NCBI GenBank assembly: GCA_030149205.1
Contig: JASBSB010000006.1
Coordinates: 630,001-662,000 of the forward strand
DNA length: 32,000 nucleotides
DNA from: Candidatus Heimdallarchaeota archaeon
GTDB taxonomy: Archaea > Asgardarchaeota > Heimdallarchaeia > Heimdallarchaeales > Kariarchaeaceae
Reading direction: 5' to 3'
The first letter of the stretch is position 1. Each line of letters begins with the position of its first letter. The notes beneath the pieces were generated by a model, which made no database searches, had not been told where the DNA came from, and saw only the letters and a list, made by a program, of their open reading frames with translations. This document shows, one piece after another, positions 1-7,666 of this stretch. Made by a program: the position numbers and the translations under genes.

Positions 1-215
1 GAAACTTCTGCTTTAATTTTGTTAATTGCATCTGATGCTTTCTCTTCGTTTCTTGCCGCTATGACCACCTCAGCACCTTTTGAGGCAAGAGCTTTAGCTG
101 CAACGAATCCCAACCCACTGTTCGAACCAGTAATAATGATTGTTTTACCAGTCTGATCTGGAATTTTTTCATAATTCCAGTTATGAATTGCTAATGGTTT
201 TGTTGACTGACTCAT
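1..215 (-). CDS. SDR family oxidoreductase (retinol-dehydrogenase-like), 5' part; runs off window start
   Basis: Manual translation from ATG at 215: MSQSTKPLAIHNWNYEKIPDQTGKTIIITGSNSGLGFVAAKALASKGAEVVIAARNEEKA; TGxxxGxG Rossmann motif. Not in the ORF track because truncated. Confidence 0.9.
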   Translation of the reverse strand, partial: MSQSTKPLAIHNWNYEKIPDQTGKTIIITGSNSGLGFVAAKALASKGAEVVIAARNEEKASDAINKIKAEV

Positions 216-259
216 TAGATTTTGATTAAGATAAAATATTTAAGAACTAATATTATCGC

Positions 260-294
260 AAAAAAAAAAAAAGGAACCCAATGGGTCCCCTTTT
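260..294 (-). terminator. Hairpin plus U13 terminator downstream of the 16S rRNA gene
   Basis: Minus strand AAAAGGGGACCC-ATT-GGGTTCC followed by 13 T (A run at 260-272 on plus), immediately after the 3' arm of the processing stem. Confidence 0.75.
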
Positions 295-298
295 CTTT

Positions 299-342
299 AC
301 ACAAAGAAATCAACTTTGACGTGAAATTGTATCATAATCAGA
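299..342 (-). other. 3' arm of the pre-16S processing stem (bulge-helix-bulge)
   Basis: Minus strand TCTGATTA TGATACAATTTCA CGTC AAA GTTGATTTCTTTGTGT is complementary to 1852-1897; AAA is a 3-nt bulge next to the 4-bp CGTC/GACG helix. Confidence 0.9.
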
Positions 343-351
343 ATGAAACTT

Positions 352-1803
352 AGGAGGTGATCCATCTGCAGCTTCCGCTACAGATACCTTGTTACGACTT
401 CTGCCTTCTCACCTACAAATGCATCGTCCATGCCACGAAGGCATGTCCTCAACACAAGCAGACTCGAATGCAGCGACGGGCGGTGTGTGCAAGGAACAGG
501 GGCGTATTCAGGGCATCATACTGAAATGCCCTTACTACTCATTCCGCGTTCATGAGGACAATTACATTCCTCAATCCCAACTGAGACAGCGATTAAGGGT
601 TGGCGTCGTCTTTCGACGTTGCATCCTATTGCCACTGCCATTGTATGCCGCGTGTGGCCCTGTACATAAGGGGCATACTGACCTCGTCTAGACTTCACTT
701 TCATCTAGCTCATCGCTAGCGATCTTTACAAAGTTCCCAAACTTCCCTGAGGAATTGCTGGTAATTGTAAATGAAGGTCTCGCTCGTTAAACCAATTAAG
801 GTCACAACTCACGTCACGAGCTTGAACGGGCCATGCACCACCAACCTATACCTCCGGTAACTTCATCAAAGTGACCTTCATAAGTATAGGCGGCACAGGT
901 AAGATTTCCGGCGTTGAATCCAATTAAACCGCAGCATCCACGAGTTGCGGTATTCCCCCGCCAATTGCTTTAAGTTTCAATCTTGCGATCGTAATCCCCA
1001 AGCGACCCGTTTAATGCCTTCGCTGCAGCACCGGGTTCTAAGAACCCGACACTTAACGGGTATCGTTTACGGCACTTGACTACAGGGGTATCTAATCCCT
1101 TTTGCTCCCAAGGCTTAAAAGTCTGACCGTCAGATGTGTCCTAGAGTATCGCTTTCGCCACAGGTGGTCCAAATAAGATCTACGCATTTCACCGCTCCCT
1201 TATTTGTACCATACTCCTCTTCCACTCTCAAGAAACCACGTTTCACCACCGATTCAATCGTTGAGCGATTGATTTTGAGCAGTGACTATGATTTCCGGCT
1301 GCACTTGCTTTAGGCTCAGTATATCAGTCCTCTCGAAGAGACAGTTTTACCGCGGCTGCTGGCACTGTCCTTGCCCTCTTCTTTCTTTCTAACTTATCTA
1401 CAGTTAGCAACAGTTTCCCGTTAGAGAAACACTCTGTTTTACCTCATCACGATTTCTCGCATTGTGAAGTTTTCTCGTCTGCTGGACTCCGTAGAGGCTG
1501 GAACGTTATCTCAGTTTCCACCTGGCGGCTCCTCCGTTAAGAGCCGCTACCAATTATCACCTAGGTGAGCCACTACCTCACCTACAAGTTAATTGGGCGC
1601 AGTTTCATCCTACCTTGAGTGTTGGTCTTTTCCAAGTCTCCACACCTATAGAGTATTAGCCACAGGTTACCGTGATTATTCTCTGCAGTAGGGTAGATTA
1701 ACGACGTTTTACTCAGTTTTTCGCCAAGATAGTAAACTATCTTTGACTTGCATGACTTAGTATAAAACAGATAGAGGCCTGATCCATCAGCATCAAATGG
1801 TGT
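352..1803 (-). rRNA. rrs: 16S rRNA, archaeal, divergent, stand-alone
   Basis: 3' end AAGTCGTAACAAGG...GGATCACCTCCT (anti-SD); GTGCCAGCAGCCGCGGTAA; ATTAGATACCC; AATTGGATTCAACGCCGG (archaeal); TGCACACACCGCCCGTC; 5' helix 1 CCATT/GATGG. About 1450 nt; ends approximate to a few nt. Confidence 0.98.
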
Positions 1804-1851
1804 GTCCCCCAATAAATTGAGGGTGCAAGTGTTTTCACACCTTGCTGTCGA

Positions 1852-1897
1852 TCTGATCACTTAATACAATTTCAATTCGTCGTTGCTTTCTTTGTGT
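1852..1897 (-). other. 5' arm of the pre-16S processing stem (bulge-helix-bulge)
   Basis: Minus strand ACACAAAGAAAGCAAC GACG AAT TGAAATTGTATTA AG TGATCAGA pairs with 299-342; AAT is the second 3-nt bulge. Confidence 0.9.
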
Positions 1898-2070
1898 TTT
1901 GTGTGTAATTTTTTCCTCTTGCATCCTATTTGATGGTCATAGAGTTTGGAGGTGTTATAATCAAAGGTGGGATTCAGTTGGTCATCACAGGATTGCTCGA
2001 ACTGCAACACTCCTTTGTTCAAATAAGTTGTTACTCGCGTACGAGTGCATATTTAGTTAAATCGCTTGCT

Positions 2071-2086
2071 TATATAAATTTTGAGT
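2071..2086 (-). promoter_or_regulatory. Probable BRE/TATA promoter of the 16S transcript
   Basis: Minus strand ACTCAAAA-TTTATATA (TATA at 2078-2071). Expected start near 2048, directly followed by hairpin ACTCG-TACG-CGAGT. Confidence 0.6.
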
Positions 2087-2573
2087 TAACTTTTTTGTTT
2101 AAGTATACGCTGATTGATTGTTTCGTCTGTGATTCATCGCGTGTAAGTCCCTTACGCTTTTCGTATTGAAACTTTCAGATAAATTGACTTAGGTGGGTTC
2201 ACTTATTAGACTTGCCAAGTATATCTAGGATAAGGTTTTGAAAGCACAATATACATTGTCAGAGGATATTTTTATTCATAGGACTTTTCTTTTTTAGAAT
2301 CTTGTCAATTATAGTATTCTAATAGTATTACGAATTGCGTATGAAACAGTTCAGCTTACACTGACATTTCTAAATGCATCGGTTGAGAATCGTGGTGAGT
2401 TTGTACTGCCCTCACACATTATTTCTGAACAATAGACACATTATGAACCAAAGTTTAACGTTTCTCTAATGATTATAATTCCACCTACAGAAGAGAATAA
2501 GGTGATGAAGAAATTTGACTCAGGCGAAATAGAAATCTGACTCGAATTTGGCGCCAAACTGGAGAGATATCTC

Positions 2574-3248
2574 CTAATTTTCTATAATTTCATCCTCAAA
2601 ATCTTTGAGGTTTGCTTTTACGGTGTTGATTAATTGCGAGTCTCCTATTTCATTTGCCAAGGATAATGCCTCATTATACACTTTTTTAGCTTTATCTCTC
2701 TGATGGAGCACCATATAGATAACTCCCATATTGTTAAGGGTCTCTATCTGGCTCTGAAGGTCACCGTTATCTCTAGATTCATCAAGAGCTATCTGGTAAT
2801 ATTCTAAGGATTTCTCATGGTTCCCTCTCGACTCATATATACCTGCTATATTGTTTAAAATCACTGTTTCTTTCTCGATTGGGGGATTGTTTAACGCAAG
2901 ACGATAGTATGTGAGAGCATTATCTAACTGACCAAGCCTTTGAAAGATAAAAGCAATTTCGCCTAAGGTTTTCGACGTTGGTAATTTATTATCAAATTCA
3001 AGCTTTAATATCTGCCTTAGATAAGCAACTGATAACAGAAGGAACCCCTTGGACTGATAAGTCTTAGAGATGAGCCGAAGTATATCACATTGTTCAGAAA
3101 CATTTTGTATCTCCCTTGCAAGCCTTAATGCTTTTTGAAAGTAATCTATTGCTTGATTCTCTTGTTTATTCTCGAGCAGTAATTTGCCACGACCTTTATA
3201 CTCCAAGATTCTTTCTTCAGAAGGGGAGTCTCTAAGGGAAGCCTTCAT
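2574..3248 (-). CDS. Tetratricopeptide repeat protein (224 aa)
   Basis: Repeated TPR patterns: TLGEIAFIFQRLGQLDNALTYYRLAL, ILNNIAGIYESRGNHEKSLEYYQIAL, TLNNMGVIY; GGAGGTG upstream. Confidence 0.9.
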   Translation of the reverse strand: MKASLRDSPSEERILEYKGRGKLLLENKQENQAIDYFQKALRLAREIQNVSEQCDILRLISKTYQSKGFLLLSVAYLRQILKLEFDNKLPTSKTLGEIAFIFQRLGQLDNALTYYRLALNNPPIEKETVILNNIAGIYESRGNHEKSLEYYQIALDESRDNGDLQSQIETLNNMGVIYMVLHQRDKAKKVYNEALSLANEIGDSQLINTVKANLKDFEDEIIEN

Positions 3249-3294
3249 CAGCTAGAATCTGCACCTCCACCTATTTAACCTTACCTTCAAGAAC

Positions 3295-4044
3295 TTAGAA
3301 CTTAATTTGAAGATTTTGAAATTTCTTGGTTAGGCTCTCATTCAGAGAATACTGTTTAGACACATGAATTATTGCATTTCTTAATATAATTTCCAAAATT
3401 TTCATCAACTCTTCATAGAGAGACATTAGAACACTTTTCGATGGTTGAGACAGGTTAAACGCATCTGAATCTAAAATAAGGTCAATTAATGCATCATTTT
3501 CAGATTTAATTAGATTTAACTTGATAAATTGTGGTATTCCGTGAAGTAAGTACTCTGATTGAACAACCAATTTTGTTCCAGATTCAATGTTTTCAAGTGG
3601 ATAACCGAAGGCAGATAATTCATCAAACAGGTCTGTGAAAATTGGAGATCTAAGTCTAAGCTTAATTTGATGAACCCTCAGTTGAATTGATAGGTTAAGC
3701 TCTTGGTTTAGTTTTGCAATTACAACAGAGAGGGGATCAAGTGTTTTGGTTGGCACACCAAACATCCTAAATGATTGAAAATCAATTATATTCCGATTTT
3801 CATCTAAAATTCCTTCTGATTTCAAAAATCTACATTTAAGAGATTGGAGTTTCACCTTCTTTAACCCATTAGTTATCCAAAATACCTTATATGCATCTTC
3901 AAGTTGGTCTATTGGTTCCATTTCCTTCATGTTGAAAAGAAAAAGCAACTTTGTCAGAGATTCCCAAGCATAGTGTTGTGCGGTGTCCTTGATCTCATAA
4001 ATAACTAGACAGTTGATAAAATTTACCTGAACCTGTATGATCAA
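3295..4044 (-). CDS. Hypothetical protein (249 aa)
   Basis: Long open frame filling the space upstream of the TPR gene on the same strand; no recognised motif; TTG start uncertain. Confidence 0.7.
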   Translation of the reverse strand: MIIQVQVNFINCLVIYEIKDTAQHYAWESLTKLLFLFNMKEMEPIDQLEDAYKVFWITNGLKKVKLQSLKCRFLKSEGILDENRNIIDFQSFRMFGVPTKTLDPLSVVIAKLNQELNLSIQLRVHQIKLRLRSPIFTDLFDELSAFGYPLENIESGTKLVVQSEYLLHGIPQFIKLNLIKSENDALIDLILDSDAFNLSQPSKSVLMSLYEELMKILEIILRNAIIHVSKQYSLNESLTKKFQNLQIKF

Positions 4045-4354
4045 AACTCTCTAAAATATTTAGAACGTATAGCAATTTAAGTTATTTGAATCACCATTAC
4101 TTGTAGATGACTTAACTGTACATTGTTTTGTTTTTGGCAAATTTACCGAAAATATTGCTAATAATTTCGAGATATTTTAAAAAATAATGTACAATTGTAT
4201 GGGATATATGAAAAAAAATCTTATTTTTAGTATATTATTCAACACATATATAATTGTTAAGTTATTCTCTCGGGGTTTGAAAATATAAAAGCTACATTAA
4301 TAGATTATATAAACTACGGAAGCAAACCCTTTGAACAACAGAGATTGAGACAGA

Positions 4355-5332
4355 ATGCACACAGTAGAATTGTATAGTAAAACATTTAACTTCGATCTGA
4401 AAGTTCTAAAGCAATTAATACTACTGATAAGACCATTTCACATAATTCATCAACTCGTAATAGTCCTGTTAGTAATAGGTTTGAAACAAATTAATGTGAC
4501 TCCCACAGAATTTATTTCTGCCTGGCTAATGCTGTTTTTATTGATGCCTTTTTTGTTTGGCTTGAATGATTATTGGCATAGGGTCGAAGATAAAGAGATG
4601 GGTAGAGATAGATTGTTTACCTCTAACTCTTTTTCAAAAACACAAGTGTTAACATTTACACTTTCAATTTTTTTGGTGATGAATTATCTTGCCTTTAGTA
4701 GATCAATGATTACGGGTTTATTCCTTTATCTGATGATTATTTGTGGTCTCTTGTATGGATATTTCAAGCATAAGAAACAAATGATCAAAACCTACTCTTT
4801 TCGGACACTTTCAGGTGTGACATTTTACCTGGTTGTAGCCTCATATTTTGGATTAACTGGTGTTGATTTTCTTATTGCACTTTTTGTTGGGTTGCTCGAC
4901 CTTTATTCACATATAGCTGGAGATCTAAGAGATTACCAGAAGGATAAGGTTGGTAAAGTTAATACCTTCCCTGTGAGATTTGGTACCAAATACACACTTT
5001 TCTTAATCTTAGGCGTGTATTTACTTTCTGTTCTTTATTTGTCTGAGATAGAGCTGCTTCAGGGGAAATTAATAGAGTTTCTTTCAATGTTACCATATAT
5101 TCTCACTTTCCCAGTGATTTCATTCATGGGCTATTTTCTATTGACATTACATACAATTAGGTATAACTGGTTACATGCAATCTTTCATTTCAGCAAAATT
5201 GCAACTTACTCCTTCTTAGGATTGTGTTGGCTTGGAATAAGCTTGAATTTAGTTTTAGGATTGGTTGTTCTTATCCTTATTGCTTGGTTAGTCAGTTATT
5301 ATCTATATCTCTGGGGAGATAACAGAATTTAA
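4355..5332 (+). CDS. UbiA-family prenyltransferase
   Basis: Multi-TM protein with motif I-like GLNDYWHRVED and motif II DLRDYQKDKVGKVNTFPVRFG. Confidence 0.85.
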   Translation: MHTVELYSKTFNFDLKVLKQLILLIRPFHIIHQLVIVLLVIGLKQINVTPTEFISAWLMLFLLMPFLFGLNDYWHRVEDKEMGRDRLFTSNSFSKTQVLTFTLSIFLVMNYLAFSRSMITGLFLYLMIICGLLYGYFKHKKQMIKTYSFRTLSGVTFYLVVASYFGLTGVDFLIALFVGLLDLYSHIAGDLRDYQKDKVGKVNTFPVRFGTKYTLFLILGVYLLSVLYLSEIELLQGKLIEFLSMLPYILTFPVISFMGYFLLTLHTIRYNWLHAIFHFSKIATYSFLGLCWLGISLNLVLGLVVLILIAWLVSYYLYLWGDNRI

Positions 5333-5335
5333 GCT

Positions 5336-6268
5336 TTAGATAACCTTTGAAAATTCTTCATGGGTAAGAAAAAGGTGAAGGTTAGTTGTAAGATTTTGAT
5401 TCTTCAATATGTTCTGAATAAATTTAAGGGACTCAATTATTTGAGGTGAATCTGGCAAATTAAGATTAAGTAAATATTTCAGGGCTAATATTATTGAATT
5501 AAATGGTTGAAAATCTTCTTCTAATATATCTTTGATCTGAATCAGTATAGGTTCCCTATAGCTTGAACTTTGTGAAATTGAATTCTTTGTCTGGTTCTCA
5601 GTAATTACAATTAAGGTTTCATCTGAAATTTTAAGGAGAATTTTATCAATTTTGACATTAAACATTGATTCAAAGGATGAAAAGCGAGTTGAAGATACCT
5701 CTAATTCACTGAATATTTGGCTTAAATCTTGATTCACTGGAGGTAAAGGTGTGAAATGAAATTTATGCCTTATAGTTGTTTTCAACCCTTCAAACTCAAT
5801 TTCTGATTTTTGTAAATCTTTGAAAAGCTGTCTAAATACTATAAACTGAGTGATATTCCCTATAAACAGGAAAGATCCTGAATTGAATTTAACTTGAGGG
5901 TTTGATCTTCGTATAGCACCTAAATCTAAGTATTCACCATAATCTGGGTTTTTAAAAAGCAAGCGCAATAAATCTACCTCGATTTTTTCACCTGCCAATG
6001 AACTTGACCTCTCCTTAGACACCTTAACTTGAAAAAAGGATGTGGTTCCTTCTGAGGTTAAATTTTTTCTGAATGCTTCAAAATGAAACCCATTGAGGTT
6101 TGATAATGATTCAATAGATGATTGTACAAACTCATTCTGACTGAAGAAATGATGAATGAACTTTGAGGTGAATTTTAAACTTAATAGGTGTCTCAAGGTT
6201 TGAGAATTAATTCTAGAAAAATCTATCAAGAACTCGAAACAGAAAATAGACTCGATAGATTCATCCAC
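5336..6268 (-). CDS. Hypothetical protein (310 aa)
   Basis: Long ORF convergent on ubiA and downstream of the LRR gene; no recognised motif. Confidence 0.7.
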   Translation of the reverse strand: MDESIESIFCFEFLIDFSRINSQTLRHLLSLKFTSKFIHHFFSQNEFVQSSIESLSNLNGFHFEAFRKNLTSEGTTSFFQVKVSKERSSSLAGEKIEVDLLRLLFKNPDYGEYLDLGAIRRSNPQVKFNSGSFLFIGNITQFIVFRQLFKDLQKSEIEFEGLKTTIRHKFHFTPLPPVNQDLSQIFSELEVSSTRFSSFESMFNVKIDKILLKISDETLIVITENQTKNSISQSSSYREPILIQIKDILEEDFQPFNSIILALKYLLNLNLPDSPQIIESLKFIQNILKNQNLTTNLHLFLTHEEFSKVI

Positions 6269-6354
6269 AATAAATTTTGAATAATGGATTTAATATGTTT
6301 ATGACTGACCTACTTACAAATAATAAGAAGAGAAAAGAAATTAGTGTTACCTAT

Positions 6355-7431
6355 CTAAAATTTCTTTTTTAGTTTTGTGAACTTTTCCGTATCTCTTATA
6401 AAATTATTTGGATCCAGCCCCTCAGAGTACTTTTTGTAGACAGAGTTTGTAGCATGAATTGTATTGTCATGAATTGAATCTAACTTTAATGGTTCGAGTA
6501 ATTTTGATTCTGCGCTGATATGCTTGTTTAATAAATTAGGATGTTTTAATTTCTTTTGAAAAGATGAAAATTGTATTTGGGGATATTCCTCCAAATTAAC
6601 CGTGGAATATTTTAGGGGGTTATTTTTTAAATTTAGCTGAGATAAATTTAGAAGAAATGTTGTATCGATTGTGATATTCTCAATAAAATTATTGCTTAAA
6701 TTTAGGTTTTTTAAAGCCTGAAGGCATTCTATTGACCTCGGAATATCTAAAATATGATTGCTGGATAGATCCAACTCTTCAATAATTTGATTTTCCGTAA
6801 GTGAGTTAGGAATTTTGCTGATTGAATTTCCAGTCAGTTTTACTTTTGAAAGTTTAGGCAAACCAAGTAAAATTTCAGGGAAAACATCTAGGGAGTTAAA
6901 AGATAGGTCAATTGATTGCAAACTCCTAAGATTTAGTATCTGGGGGGTAACTGAATACAATTGGTTATGTTTAAAATTAAGCTTTTTTAGGTTATTATTT
7001 GCAAATATAAATTTTGGAAATTCATTAAGGTTCATGTTTTCAATTCTTATTTCTTTTACAGTATTACATTTAATTTTGATGTTTAACTGTTTAGTACGCT
7101 CAGAATTAATTAAACCATAATTGGAAATTGTTAGTGAAGATACTAAATCTATGTCAATTCGATCTGAATTATTTAAACCCATAATTTCCAAAGATTTAGT
7201 CTTTGCTACCTTCAGGTTAATTATTTGGTTTATGTTTTTATAGACCTTTATTGATGTGCCAGCAAATAATTCAGGTATAATCAAATCTGGAATTTTGTTT
7301 TCAACAAAACTAAACCGACGTAGATCCAATGTTAGTGTATTTTTGACCTTTTTCACTAAACTTTCAATGGGAGGGTTACTTCCAATTAGTAATAGTTTTG
7401 ATTCAAGTAGAAAGTCCCCAATAGGTTCCAC
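6355..7431 (-). CDS. Leucine-rich repeat protein
   Basis: About 6-7 LxxLxLxxNxL repeats of ~23 aa (LKKLNFKHNQL, LQSIDLSFNSL, LSKVKLTGNSI, IEELDLSSNHI, LKNLNLSNNFI, LSQLNLKNNPL). Confidence 0.9.
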   Translation of the reverse strand: MEPIGDFLLESKLLLIGSNPPIESLVKKVKNTLTLDLRRFSFVENKIPDLIIPELFAGTSIKVYKNINQIINLKVAKTKSLEIMGLNNSDRIDIDLVSSLTISNYGLINSERTKQLNIKIKCNTVKEIRIENMNLNEFPKFIFANNNLKKLNFKHNQLYSVTPQILNLRSLQSIDLSFNSLDVFPEILLGLPKLSKVKLTGNSISKIPNSLTENQIIEELDLSSNHILDIPRSIECLQALKNLNLSNNFIENITIDTTFLLNLSQLNLKNNPLKYSTVNLEEYPQIQFSSFQKKLKHPNLLNKHISAESKLLEPLKLDSIHDNTIHATNSVYKKYSEGLDPNNFIRDTEKFTKLKKKF

Positions 7432-7554
7432 ATATTAAATTATGACTCAATAATATAAAGATTATCCTTAGCAAATTAAAACTAAAAGTTATCTGATTCA
7501 ACTTTGAATTATTCAACACATTTCAACTTTAAAGGGGTTTAATGGGAGAGATTC

Positions 7555-7570
7555 AAAACAATCTTTAAAT
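7555..7570 (+). promoter_or_regulatory. Candidate BRE/TATA promoter of tRNA-Val
   Basis: AAAACAATC-TTTAAAT ending about 23 nt upstream of the tRNA 5' end. Confidence 0.45.
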
Positions 7571-7592
7571 GATTTTCATAGAAATCAAATTA

Positions 7593-7666
7593 GGAACCAT
7601 GGTCTAGCTTGGTATGACGTTGCCTTCACACGGCAAAGATCACGAGTTCAAATCTCGTTGGTTCCA
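7593..7666 (+). tRNA. tRNA-Val(CAC), intron-less, CCA not encoded
   Basis: Acceptor GGAACCA/TGGTTCC plus discriminator A; D arm with GG; anticodon arm TTGCC-TTCACAC-GGCAA; T arm ACGAG-TTCAAAT-CTCGT. Confidence 0.96.

Noticed and set aside
455-480. G at decoding-site position 1408 as a eukaryote-specific trait
   Set aside because: G1408 also occurs in various archaea, and C1409-G1491 is prokaryote-like; not distinctive.
352-1803. Possible intron or intervening sequence in the 16S
   Set aside because: Length is about 1450 nt and conserved blocks occur at normal spacing; no insertion seen.
389-1860. ORFs 389-691(+), 516-704(-) and 1582-1860(-)
   Set aside because: They lie within the 16S rRNA gene or its leader; chance frames.
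1930-2169. 79-aa plus-strand ORF
   Set aside because: Antisense to the rRNA promoter and leader; no motif.
2275-2500. RNase P or SRP RNA upstream of 16S (GAAAAGTCC and ACAGAAG resemble P4 strands)
   Set aside because: The two fragments are on opposite strands, the region is AT-rich, and no SRP helix-8 motif is present.
2469-2540. Tiny plus-strand ORF (…MKKFDSGEIEI-UGA) as a possible UGA read-through/selenoprotein
   Set aside because: Very short, no Sec-like context or SECIS evident, and its continuation is antisense to the TPR gene.
7658-7666. ORF-track start TTG 7658 for the Taw2-like gene
   Set aside because: It lies inside the tRNA T-arm/acceptor stem; the in-frame TTG at 7667 is more plausible.
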